From: Paraspadella gotoi
Lineage: Eukaryota; Animalia; Chaetognatha
Length of the DNA: 64,000 bases
Assembly: GCA_051294375.1 (NCBI GenBank)
Contig: CM119264.1
Location: 13,474,813 to 13,538,812, forward strand
Direction of reading: 5' to 3'
The notes below the pieces were generated by a model. It did no database searches and was not told the DNA's origin. It saw only the letters and a program-made list of their open reading frames with translations. Positions 42,515 through 55,400 of this stretch are shown in pieces. A program made the position numbers and the translations under genes. How positions within the stretch are numbered: position 1 is the first letter of the stretch; every line of letters begins with the position of its first letter.

Positions 42515-44013
42515 TTCTCGCCCCCTCTTTTTCTGGCCGAAGTCAAAGCCCCTTCTGATCGAAAATCGATTGAAAGGTAGAACCTGGCGAATTGCCCAAA
42601 TCGCTCTTTGGCGAAGACGACGATGAGGACGACGACGATTACGACGACGATTACGACGACGATTACGAATGACGTCAAAGGCCACGAGTCGGCAATTCGT
42701 AACGCTGCCAACGATACGTGCGTCGAAGGCAACAACGACCAAAATTATCTATATAAAGTTAATAAACGCGTAAACGGGTATATTCGTTAGAGGTTAATTT
42801 CTTGAAAATCCATTTCTCTCGTCGATATAATCGGTTTGGTTTTATTGTTTGTTTTGTTTGTTTTGTTTCTTTGTTTGAAAAAATAATTTTTCTCGCTAAA
42901 AAAAAAAAAAAAAACTAATGGCGCCAAGCCAGCGCATCAGCCGTATAAATCACGAATGAGTATTAAGCATTAAACAATCAATAACAAATAGACCCACAAC
43001 TAAAACCAAACAAAAACCAACCACGATAATCCTCATCTACTTACCACCAAAACTTCCTCCTCTTCCTCAGATTCTTCACCATAATGTTCCGCTTCGATCT
43101 CCGCGCATTTTCGCCATTCGTAGATGGCGCCGTTAAAGGCCTCCATGGCGGCGACGTCGAATCCGTTGTCCCCGCCACCGGCTTCCTCGGCGTCGTCGGC
43201 CACGACCGGCGGTTCCGTATACCCGACGCCGTACCTCATTTCCGTAGGCGGGTATTCCGTTAGTTCTTCCTTTGCATTGCTCTATTAGTTTGTCGGTCTA
43301 TCCGTTTGTCTGTTCTATCGCTCTGTCGGTTTGCTACGTATCATTGTAGACAAACCTGGGGTCGAAATCGAAAGGGTGGCGTTCTCTCTCGGCCGCCGCC
43401 TCAGCCGCGGCTGCAGCCGGGCCCCCGAGAGCGGGGCAGCCTTTCCAGCGCACGTTGAGCCATTTTGAAGGGCGGTTGTCGTGCTGCCATTGTTCTTGGA
43501 CCTGAAGTAAAGCGAGTTAGGGTGGAAGGAGATTCATTAACTTAATTTTCTGAAAGTCGAAGTTGTAACGATTTTTCATCCTTTCTAATTATACTAATAT
43601 TCAACCCTTGCTTGACTCCTTGAGTTAATTTTTACAATGACAAAAGTAATATGTTTTGTTTTAGCTATATTTATTTTAGCTGAACTTGCTCTTGTTTCTT
43701 TTATCTTGGTCTTTTTTTGTTCAAGATTAATTATTATCTTTCAGTTTTGGTTTTTATTTTTAGCTTTAGTGTGGCTCAACGAGGTTACTGTTTTGAGGTA
43801 ATAGAAACGGTAGTAAAAAAGTCGTCTCCAGATTTTTGGTCGCTAATTTTAGAAGCAACGGCTCCACTCTGCTCTGACAAACTTTTTCTTCCCCAAAAAT
43901 GTTTCAGTCTCTCTCTCTTTTTTTCTCTCTCTCTCTTTCTTTCAGGTTCTTTCTTTCTTTCCTTCTGTCTGTCTTTCTTTCTTTCTTTCTTTCTTTCTTT
44001 TTTTTTTCTCTCT

Positions 44014-44086
<73 letters not shown>

Positions 44087-44664
44087 TCTCTCTCTCTCTC
44101 TCTCTCTCTCTTCTTTTCTCTCTCTCTCTCTCTCTCTCCTTTCTAAAGCTTTTTTTTGTCTTCCCCGAGATAATGAATCTTCTTTCCAGATCCATATCCT
44201 TTTTTCGACTTCATCTTCTATCTCTTTCCTTTTCCTTCGTTTATTTTTTCTCTTTCCTCTTTTTTTCCTGAAAAATGGACGTCGAAAATAACGACTTTCG
44301 CGGATCTATAACCAGAATGAGATATAAACGAGAGCTTCTCATTTTTGTCCGCCATTTTTTCTTCATCGTTTCTCTCTTTCATTTCTTTTCTTTTTCTCCG
44401 TCTTTCGCTCTCTCACCTCCTCGTCGGACGAATCCTCCGTCGGGAACTGATCGAAGGCATCCTTGAATCTCCCCCTCAACTCCCACTCCTCCTTCCTTCT
44501 CCCCAACTCCTTCCTCCAGAGATCCGAGTAGAATTTCCTCTCTTCCTTTTTCCTCTTCGGATCCAACACTTCGAGTCGCCATCTTGTCCGAGCCTCCACC
44601 CACCGACGCTCGTCTTGACGTCTCTCTGCGTCCGCGAGGAGATCCTGGAAGAGGGCGGAATTAG

Positions 44665-44708
<44 letters not shown>

Positions 44709-45810
44709 AATCAAGCACACCTGGACGAACCACTTCTCCGGCAGTCGAATCCTGTTGATCTCGACGAGCTTCTTGAGGTCGTCTTCTCTCCTCTTGATCG
44801 GAGGCAGCGCCACCTCCGCGTCTCTCTTGACTTTGCGGGCGACGCAACCGGCGAAGCGGATGCCTTTGATCCGACATTACAGTTGGTGGGTCGCGTTTGA
44901 GATTTCAATTTCTCAATAAAGCATTTTCATGTCTAATGTCGATGCCTCACCCTCGAATCTTCCACTGGCATTTCTGTGAATTTTTTCCATGTATTCGTTG
45001 GTGAACTTCTGCGTCTCGTAAAAAGTCTTCTTTCTTTTTCTCTGCACAATTTCCTCCATCATCGCCGCTCGATCTTCTTCCTCTTCCTCTTCCGGAGGAG
45101 GAACGAAGCCTAAAATGCCCCCGTCGTCGTCGTCGTCTTCGTCGTCGTCGTCTTCTTCGTTGTAGCTTTGTACGAAGAAAAAGTGAGGAAATATCAAATA
45201 TTAAAAAATGGGGGAAAAAATAAATAAAAAAGGAAACATCGATAAAGGTGAATGTGTAGAACATTACTTATAAAATGAGTTGAGTCAGGCTCATAAACTA
45301 GATTATTTATTTAAAATTAAAAATTAGACTAACGCAAAGTCTCACTCTATGGGCGGGAGTCTTCCCAGCGAATCCCTCGGCTTCTCCACGATCTGATCCG
45401 CGATGAGTTCGAGGACGCCGATTCCTCCGCCGCCAGCGAAGGCCGGCCCACCGCCGTCAAAACCGGCGCCGTCTCCGTCGAAATCCGCGCCGGCGAATCC
45501 ACCGAAGGGCGCCGCTCGATAGAAAGGCGGCGCCGCTTTTCTTTCCCTCTTCCTCCAAGTTCCATCATCGTCCTCTTCCCATTCGTCCTCCTCCTCCCAT
45601 TCTCCCTCTCCTTCCATCGCCGCCCGCCGCGCCGCCACTTTGGCGTTGAGAAATTCCACGACGCGGCGCTCCCCCGGCGTCAACTCCTCATCGCGCGTCA
45701 CTTGAGACATCGAGAGCCTCCAGTCGAAATCGTCGAGAGCCCTTTTGAGAGAGAGAGAGAGAGGGAGAGGGAGAGAGAGGGAGGAGAGAGAGAGAGAGAA
45801 GAGAGGAGAG

Positions 45811-45881
<71 letters not shown>

Positions 45882-47154
45882 GAAGAGAGAGGAGGGAGAG
45901 AGAGAGAGGGAGAGAGAGAGGGGAGAGAGAGAGGGAGAGAGAGAGAGAGGGAGAAGGAGAGAGAGAGAGAGAGAGTGAGAGAGTTTTAAAGGTTTGAGGA
46001 AAAGGCTAGGTTCAAAGTTTGTCGACTTAATGAACGAACTTGGACGAATTAATGAGTTGAATGATGATTGATGAATAAATGGAGAGAAGGCAGACAGACT
46101 GCTTTTTTCTCCTCTAACATACGGAATGGCTAAATAAAATAACAAACGCTTTTAGGAATGAGCCGTAGAAAGAGATTGACAATGTTGATACAATTTGTGC
46201 TTAGAGCCAAATGCTTTTCAGAAAGTCTAATGGAAGATTGAAATCGGCTTCTGAAGAAATGTCGAGAAATGGGAGAGACTGAGAATAAACGTCAGGCGTT
46301 GTGATTTGCTGTGGCTGACGAAGTCAGATATTTTTAGCTTAAAAGAATTTAACTCTTCAGGCGTTTTTTGATTGAAAGCTAGAGGAGAAATGAGTGCTAA
46401 TTTGAACGTCAGGCTTAGCTCAGCATCATTTTTCTCCCTCTTCCTTCGTACTCGCTCTCTCTCAGACTCAAGAAAGGATCATTTTTCAATTTATTATCAG
46501 CAAAAAAATCTTCCTCTTCCCTAACTCAAATCACAAGTTCTCTGTCAAGACGTGGGGTTTCATTTTTTTGAAATAGAAATATTTGAACGACTTTATAAAC
46601 TTAGAATGGTTAAAAAAAAACGAAGAAGTTCTACATACTTCTAAAGTCTTTCAAAACCGACTTCCTTTCCCTCACTCCTCTCTGTATTTTGCCCTACGAA
46701 TCTCACTTCTTGGTCTCTCTCGCTCCTTTCTCCCTCTCTCTTTCCTTTCTTTCTTCCTCCTTTTTTCTCCCTCTCTTCCTCCGCTTTTCTTCTTCCATGG
46801 CTTGAGTCGTTTGAGTCCAGTCGCGCTTAGTTTCTTTGTAAAATTCGTCGGCGGCTTCCTCCCATCGACTCGCTCGTCGCCATCGCTTCTCCTGTTAAAG
46901 GAAAGAGCGTTCTATCGACTTTTTAACTCCAAGAGTTCTTTACTTTTCTTTACTTTACTATCATCGCCCTTCTTATTTTCATAAAGTCCACCCCACTCTT
47001 GCTCTTTCTCCTCTTTAAACCTCTGCTAGCTCCTTCCAGCCCGGTGCAAGGAGGATTTTCAGGATGGCGGCCTCCATCTCCAGTGCCTCGTTTTCGTAGT
47101 CGTGAGGGTGTCGCTCCGAGGTTGGCTGGAATAAAAATTTGGCATCATCAAAAG

Positions 47155-47241
<87 letters not shown>

Positions 47242-48105
47242 AAAACGGAAGACAGAAATAAAACTAATAAATCAAAGTAGCAAAACCAGCACCCAGTTGT
47301 CGTCATGGTGCAGCTTCAACGGCGCATCGACGAAGTGCTGGGTGCAGCAGAGCAGAATCCATCCGCCTTCGACGGACCCTTCTTTCACTTGAAACCCCGA
47401 AGGCGGAATCGTCATGTGAGAGAATCGAGTGAACAATTCGTCCGCAACCCATCGGGCGGCGTTAGGAACCTTGAGGGAGGTTAGAAAATGAGTCAAGAGA
47501 AGAGAAGAGAAGAGAAGAGAAGAGAAGAGAAGAGAAGAGAAGAGAAGAGAAGAGAAGAGAAGAGAAGAGAAGAGAAGAAAAAAGTAGAATACTTGTCGCA
47601 CGATACTGGCGCATCTCTTCGCGTTCCACTTTATCTTGAAATGACGCATCGCCGGCCCCAGGCGCCCCAGGTTGAAAGCGGCGTCGGTCGGCGTTCGCGT
47701 GGAAAACCGGAAGTGACGCACATCGACGCACTGGGGGGAAAGAGTCAAAGAGAGAGCTCGAACAACTATGAACAGAAAAATTTCGATATCAAAAACAAAA
47801 AACGATATTACAGCCTCAAAAGACGAAACAACATCGGAATGTTCTATAAGAGCAAAAAGAAAACTCGGGGAATAACAACAATAAAAAAAAGAGCAACGAA
47901 GCCATGATCGACAAAGACGACGCCCAAATCTGCGACAATGTGCATTATGCAATATTATGCAATATTCTTTACATACCCCATATCTGGCGAAGATTTCGGC
48001 AAAGAGGGCTCCACTGGCGAAGTCTCTGGCGAAGGTCGAATCTTTGATCCATTTTCGGAGTCTCACTTCTCGATTCAGCCAATCAATGAGCGAATTGTGA
48101 GCCAT
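39896..48105 (-). CDS. Protein with an N-terminal SPEF2-type calponin-homology (DUF1042-like) domain and a charged low-complexity body, ~840 aa (3' structure uncertain)
   Basis: Exons: 48105-47977, 47730-47593, 47469-47293, 47125-47021, 46891-46707, 45741-45346, 45165-44951, 44863-44721, 44644-44417, 43501-43356, ~43279-43045, 41196-40972, 40099-39896. N-terminus LIDWLNREVRL...FARDFASGALFAEIF...NLGRLGPAM...VPNAARWVADELF parallels recalled SPEF2 LCQWLNKEL...FAKAFSSGYLLGEVL...NFSRLEPTL...PGVATKLLYQL. Confidence 0.7.
40490..40705 (+). mobile_element. SINE family A copy with tRNA-like head
   Basis: A-box-like tctcaatggctgagc and B-box-like gtgttcaatccc, then the shared core catgccagtgacaggaggcggtcactg...cctcccgttgccata. 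Confidence 0.72.
47496..47579. repeat. (AGAAG)n pentanucleotide microsatellite filling an intron
   Basis: Read directly from the sequence. Confidence 0.95.
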
Positions 48106-48650
48106 TCTCGATTTCGTCTACTCGAGTGGCTTTTTCGCGTCTTACTCGATATGCAGTCAATCAATTAAAAGGCCACAGATTTGTTTTTGGTTTCAACCAA
48201 TTAAAGAAAACGTCTTCGTCGCGTCGTCTCGACGGTCATAATTTACATATTAAAAACCTATATTATATTTTGATGAAAAAATTGTATTAAAAGTTCTTGG
48301 CTTCTGAAACCTGACAACGCCAGAAGCATAAGTTTTCTTCGCATTCGAGAACTTTAAGGACAAATTTTAATTAAGTCAAAATTAAGAGAAAGTTTATCTT
48401 TCTGGCGTTAAAAAATGAATCTGTTATAAGGGGAAAAAAATTGACGGGATTCGGAAATGATAGAATGAAAAAAATAAATGTGGACTAAAACGACAAAGGA
48501 AAAACTTTGAGAATTTTGTTTTTTTACTTTCATTCAAAAGTGTTGTCGATAAATTGTCGCACTTGAACGCCTAAAGTTTTATATATCTGGACTGATTCGC
48601 AAAATCTCGACTTATTTTTTTGTTTAAACGTTTCTCGTCTTCGCCGACAG

Positions 48651-51592
48651 GTGAACGCGGAGGAAAACCGCCCAGAGAACGTCCTCATCGAAGTCCGCCA
48701 CTTGGCGGACTCGCGTCGAGTCTCTTCGGTGCTGCAGTCTCAAGCCTTTCGTCGACAGCTCGAGAGGGCCGTCCAAGGTTTGCGTTGTTGTTTTTTTTTA
48801 TATTTTTGTGTTGTTTATTTGTTCTTAAGTGCGATACAAATGACGGCAAGAAAAATCGAATTTCCTTGAAATTGTTAAGTAAACCTGATTTTTTTTTTAA
48901 ATTTTACCCCTTTTCTTAAACTTTCAGTGCTTTCCCTCATTAGAAAGCAATTTTCAGTGAAAGTGTTTTAGTTTTTAGTCGGATCTGCTGATCAGAAGAT
49001 TCCGACTCTATAATCCACTTTGTCGGTCCGTCGGTCCCACCCCAAAAGGTTGTCAGAACATCGAATTATGACAAATTAAGCAAAAAAAAAAAGATGTCCA
49101 TCTGTCCGTCCGTCCGTCTCTCCGTCCGTCCGTCCCCCCTTAGCATTAAACCCCAATTACTCGTGATTGGATGGTTGGATTGGAAAGAAATTATGTGTGT
49201 GGGTAGGAAAGTGTGTGATTGAGCTGGATATAAAGCTTCGATGGAATCGTGGAAATGAGTTAAAATAGAAAAAACAAAATTCATATTTACTTGAAGTATT
49301 TTTACTCATAATATATATATTTATTAAAAATTGGATAGATAAATTAAAATGAAATTTTAAAACCAAAAGAAACATTTATTTGAATTTTTAAAAGTTTCTC
49401 TATCTTTCTCTGATTGATTGATTGATTGATTGACAAAATTATGCCAGGACCAAATTATACAAGTTGACCAAATAATGCCGGTTGACCAAATTATGCCATT
49501 TGATAAAATTATGTATGTCAGTTGACCAAATTATATATGACAGTTGACCAAATTATGCAAGTTGACCAAATTATGCCAGTTGAATAAATTATACAAGTTG
49601 ACCAAATTGTGCAAGTTGACCAAATTATACAAGTTGGTAATAGCGCAGCTACTGGTAATGATTGATAAATCAATTGATTTATAGATTTTTTCATAGATTT
49701 ATTAAGAAGTCTGTTATGATTTGTTATGTTTCGATTTGTTATGATCTTAAATTGAAAGACAGAAAAAATTACCGTGATTTATCATCGGATTAGCTTATTA
49801 CCGCTTAATTATCGTAGGAAAATCCGACATTGTTTGCTCAAACTTGTTTTAGTATAGACCAACTTCGAAAGGAAAATCAATTTTCATCCAAAATACATAC
49901 ATATTGATATAAATATATTTTATTTTTCAAATCTTCAGGGGGTCTCGAGAGATTTGTGTCCAGCGTTCCCTCGAGATTCGCCGAACCAGGAAGTCGTCGT
50001 CCGGATTTTTCGACCCTGACGGCGACACCGACGACGCCGACGACGACGCCGACGGTGGCGTCACCCGCTCCTGTTCGTTCTCAAACGCCGGAGCCAGCGA
50101 CACCGAACCCGGCGCCGAACGCGACATCGCCATCCGACGCCGCAAATTCTGTCGGGTGAGAATCGATCGATGGAAACTTTTTTCTCAATCAAAAAAAAAA
50201 AATATCATCAAGTAAGGGTATAATTTTGCATTTGCAAGTTGATATTCAATTGCTAAATAAGTATTTATTTACTAAATGTAATCAAAAATGTTTGATCTCG
50301 TCACACAACTAGTATCTTTACCTTTCTTCAGTCGCCGCCGACACCGCCGCCGCAACCCCGGCGGGGTCGTCGACGCCGCGCCGTGGCTGCAGAGGCGCCG
50401 TCCAAGCGACAGCGTAGGCGGCGTCGATTCGTGGCTCCGGCAGCGATCAGGCAATTCCAACGCCGACGAAGCCGCGGACTCTGCTCGTTTGGAGGAATTG
50501 ATCGATCTTCAACGTCGAGACATCTTGGACGAAATCTCAACTCTCGTCCATCAAGGGATGGTGTCCAGCATCTTGGAGAGTGGGTTCAGGTGAGGGCGTT
50601 TGGGATGTGACAAGGGTAATTACATTTTCAACTCATCCTTCAACGTCATAACGGCGACCGATTGACCTCTTTGCCTAACAACTCTAGGAACACCCTGGAA
50701 CACCACATGGCAACGCGACTCTCCGCAGTCGGAGCCGAACGCGGTCGTCGCGTGGCTCGATTCTTGACTCGACTTCCGCCGCCGTCGACGAACATTTCCA
50801 GGAATGACTTCTCCAGTCTCGGTATCTCCGAGCCGCTCAGAGAAGAAGACGACGACGACGATATGTCTGTCCACAACAGTGCGTCTAGTTATATTCATAT
50901 TCAGGTGATAAGAGAAGATAAATGAGAGATACTAAATGACCTCGGAATTGGTCGCCTCGTTTTCATTTTTTCGCCGAGACGAGCCGAAAGAAGAAAAAAA
51001 TTACCCATTTACAGCACAACAGCGGCGCTCTCGTACGGGAGATCAACTCATTGAAGCAACAGATGGGGAATCTGCATCATATGCTTCAACTGCAGATGGA
51101 AATGCAAATTGACATTCAAAGGGCAATAAGGCAGGAAGTGAGCGCCGCCTTGGCCAACGCCGGAAGTAAGTTTTTTTGACTTAATAAATATAATTAAGGA
51201 CATGATTATTGATTAATGATATTTATCAAAATGATACAGTTCATTTTTCGCGCTTTTTCGAATTCAGTGCCTACTTCTCTACCACTTTGCCAATCTCCCG
51301 CTGCCGATGGGATTTGCGTAGTTTGTTTAGGTGAGTTATATTAATCTAATAGTAATAATCTGATTTATTTCTACAAAGGATAATTTTCAACAAAATAATA
51401 TTTTTCTCAGATAATCCCGCCGACGCAGTAATGATAAGTTGCGGACATCTTTGCGCCTGTCTCAGCTGCGGACTTCGTTTGCTTCACCCAAGGGACAGCA
51501 GTAACAGCAGCAGCAGCGGACGTTGTCCCGTTTGCCGTGCCCCTATTCGGGATGTTTTAAGGGTTTACAAACCCGGAAAAAGCAGCCAATGA
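48651..51592 (+). CDS. C-terminal C3HC4 RING E3 ligase resembling the plant PIR1/PIR2 family (start codon unresolved)
   Basis: Exons: 48651-48777, 49939-50155, 50332-50589, 50688-50904, 51015-51165, 51268-51330, 51411-51592. Repeated helix motif EVRHLADSRRVSSVLQSQAFRRQLE / EISTLVHQGMVSSILESGFRNTLE; coiled coil MEMQIDIQRAIRQEVSAAL; RING GICVVCLD...CGHLCACLSC...CPVCRAPIRDVLRVY. Confidence 0.88.
49095..49260 (+). mobile_element. Dispersed repeat with (ccgt)n tract, related to 24695-24850
   Basis: tgtccatctgtccgtccgtccg...gagctggatataaagcttcgatggaatc. Confidence 0.5.
49431..49636. repeat. 18-nt minisatellite, ~10-11 copies
   Basis: Unit gaccaaattat(a/g)caagtt. Confidence 0.93.
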
Positions 51593-52428
51593 CTGGAAGA
51601 GACGAAACATTTAATATTCAATTAGCACGTAATCATGTTAAATTGTCGTTCGTTATTTAGAACTATATTATAGAACTATTTAAAAGTAAACGCTTTCATT
51701 TGCGGACCGTGTTGCCGTGTAATCAACGACGATTTGCCAGAACTTTTGGTCAGTCTTTTCTTTCTCTTTTCTCTTTTATCTCTTTCCTCGACTTAATTAA
51801 GCTTCCAGAGTCGCCACTTCCCAAGAGTTTACTCTTTTTATCTAACTTTTCTCTTTTTCCTCAGTCATTCAATTAAAGTCTGAACTAAAGGCTAGCTTCT
51901 ATTTTGAAATAGAATATGATTGCCGACGATAAGACTTTCATTGTTTAGTTTTAATATAAACATTAAACAATGATGTAAGCTAAGAACAAACATACATACG
52001 AATAGTTTAACAAAAATTAATAATATTATCATTTAATACAAGAGTATCTCTGTAATAGCAATTTTAACACACCATGTAAAATGGAATGAGGAAAATGGAA
52101 TTTTCTGCGGTAGTATTTTCAAAATGAAATGGATATTTTCAGAAGAAAGAAATACGAAGTTTTCGGTTTAGGGACCAATCCAAGATTTACTTTAATACTA
52201 GAATCTCTGCCTGAAAAAAAATAACAAAAAATGACCAACGATGACAACAAACCACGAAATGATTCGCATCAACCGAACTCAAAATACTTATCAACTCTCC
52301 TACTAATCCAATCCAACCAATTAAAAACATTACTCGGTCGTCCGCTTTTGAAATTCTCATACACTCAAACGATTAGCCTTTCAACTGATAAGCGTTCAAC
52401 TCACAACTCCGTCGATTCTCAAGCGCGA

Positions 52429-55400
52429 TCAAGACGCGGCCTCTCTGTAAAATCGAAGTTGGTTCAAAAGAGCGCGGATTAAAGTTTCGGTGGATTCCAC
52501 GTCGAGGATTTTGTTTACGTCGTCGCAGTGAGGTAGCGCGGACGATGCCTCGTCTCCGTCGTTCGCGCTTCGACGCCGTTCCTCTTCCGCTTCGAGTACC
52601 CGGCGCTGCTTTCGCTCCAACAGTCCCAACGTCGTCGTCGACGCCTTCAAGACCTCCAAGAGGCGTCGCATCGAATCGGCGTCGTCTTCGGATCGTCGGC
52701 TCGGCGGCGGCGTCGTTGGAAAGTAGAGCGAGGCGGGAGTCGTCAGCGGAGTCGTCAGCGGCGTCGCGGACGGCGTCGTTCCGTCGAGGGAAGCGTCTGA
52801 GCTGGCGTCGATGGACGAGCGTTTAAGAGTAACAGAATCGGAAAATGGTTCGTCGAAGGCTGCTGCGGGGGCGTCGTCTTCGTCGTCGTCGACGTCGTCA
52901 AGAGAACCGAAGGATTCTCTTGAATGAGGGTTTCGTATCACAGAGTTTCGAGATGTGGAGATCGTCGTGCTTGTCGAATTATTCGCCGTCGCCGTCGTCG
53001 TCGTTGACAGAGAATTAAGATGCAGTTGTATTAAATCGCTCTGGTATCCGATGATGGAGGCTTTCCAGTCGGAGAGGATCGTCGACAAAGCCTGAGGAGG
53101 AGTTGGAAGAGAAGAGAAAAACGATTTTCAAACGACGCGAAGGAGCAAATGAGAAAGAAGCTCAACTATCTACTCACACTTGCACAGTCGGCTTTGCAGG
53201 TGGAAGTGGCGTGGGTGGGTAAGTTGGGCGAGGCGGTGAGGTTAAGTTTTACCGCAAAAGCAGCAGGAATTAACGGCAGCGTCGGAAGGTGGGTCGAATT
53301 CGCTGCGGGCGAACAGACGCATTTAAACCATTTAACATTTTTAATAACTTCTTCGAACTTACGTTTCTATTATAATTTAAATTGATATATTAGTATTATC
53401 TAATTGAATGAGTGAATTCGTATTATTATAAGTATTGAACTAGTATTACTGAATTGAATTCTGACGTACGTGAATCCGAATGAACGTGTCGATGTTCTTT
53501 TGTTGGCGAATCGAGATCGAGGTTCGGTTGAAAGTTCTCTTCGTGATCTGTCTCATCACCAAACCCGCTACTCTCGGATCGAAAAGAATTTTGTCCTGTC
53601 ACAAAAAAATATTAAAAAGGCTATTGCTAATTTTATTTACTGGAACATTAAAACAAATTTTACTAATATTTAATTTTAAATCTTTTTTTCTTTTTTTCTT
53701 TTTCTTCATATCTTTGCGTATTTTTTAATATGATATAAAAAAATGTTCATTCATTTAATATATAACAATATTATATTACTTTATTTTTTTTTAATTGCCT
53801 GCTTTGAGGCGACTTTTTATATATTAAGTTTTTTATTACCCTAATTTAAATATTCTGCCGGTAAAAACAAAATGTTCACCTTGATTGTTTAATTGCTTGG
53901 TGGGATTGCTGCGAACGATTTCTTCGGCCTGATCGAAGGAAACAAAGTAAATCATTTTTCAAGTGATTCAGTGACATCTCCAATTAATGTTCCCGAAATA
54001 AAAATTACGAATAGTCCCAATATTTTCACGAAGCCGAAGATAAATTAAAGGACAATATTTTGAATTCTCTATTGTTTTTTCAATTCTCCATAATTTTTCA
54101 CCCTGATTCAAAAACATAAGTATGAACTTGCGTAATTAAAGAAATACATAGTACCTCAACTGAGTATGGTACATCCACTGGAAGCGAAAATATCAGTTTA
54201 TAGCGTTCTCTGCATGATACATGGCAGAAATGGCGTTTCCAAATACAGTTTACTGTATTTATTTATTTGAACAGAATGAATAGAATAATTAAGAAGCACG
54301 GCGGCCCAAAGCGAATTTGTGATCTTGGTGGTTTGCCAAGTCTAATCTAAGATATGAACCATGGTCGCAAAGGTCATGATTATATGCAGTTATACTCATA
54401 TGTTATGTCAGTTGATGGAGCTTAGCTCTTATGTTTGACATCTTTTAACGAGAAGTTGACTCCATGAGAACTCCAACGGACGGCAATATACTAAGTCTAT
54501 AATTACGTGTCGATTATTCAATATTAATGCCTAGGAGTTTTCATGGAAAAGTATTATAAAAATTCGAATTGCTATATCAATTAATGACAACCAATACCGG
54601 TTCCGTGGTTCATCTCGCGATATAAAGCTTTCTACATTGATTCAAACCTTTTCTCCTCGCCCTACAGATGTAAACAATAAATCGCGCGAGATCAACGAAA
54701 CCGAATTGGAATGGACCATTTATTATTATAAAAAGCGAATTAATAAACAAATGTATTTAAAAAAAACCGAAAGTGAAAAGAATTGAATCGATAATGCTCA
54801 CCTCTTCGACTGTGAGAATTGGCAAATCCAAGAGGGCAGCATTGGTCGCCGTTCGGTGGGGGACGTCGCTGGAATCCTCGATCAAGTTCTCGGATGATTC
54901 ATCTTTAGAGTCGCCAACTTGACGCGGCTGCTCTTTCCTCGTTTCTCTCGCCATCTCCTCTGACGTCTCCCTCGCAGTCTCTTTTCTCACCATCTCTTCC
55001 TCCCCCGTCTCCTGCTTCCCCGTCTCTTCCTCCATCTCTTGCACATCCTCGAATTGAATATCGATTTTGTCTCTCGCGAATCCGTAGAGAAGTTTGTCCG
55101 CTTCTTTGTCCGCCAAATCCACTGAACAAATAAAATGAGAAAAGACACTGTGGTTGCGGAGATGAAATTCAAACAAAAAAATTAAAGTATTTAAAAGAAA
55201 ACATCACAATTCACGACATTTTTATATGTTAAGATCGATCTTACTCAAATACTCCTCACCCGCTTTGGCTTTGAGCGACGAGGATCTCCTCTCCCTTCTC
55301 CTCGAATGAAGCGACGCGGCGTTGGCGTCGGAACGGCTCGTCGGAACCGTCGACGATCGCCGACGAGCCTCTTCATCCCCCTCCTCCTCCTCCGCGCCTC

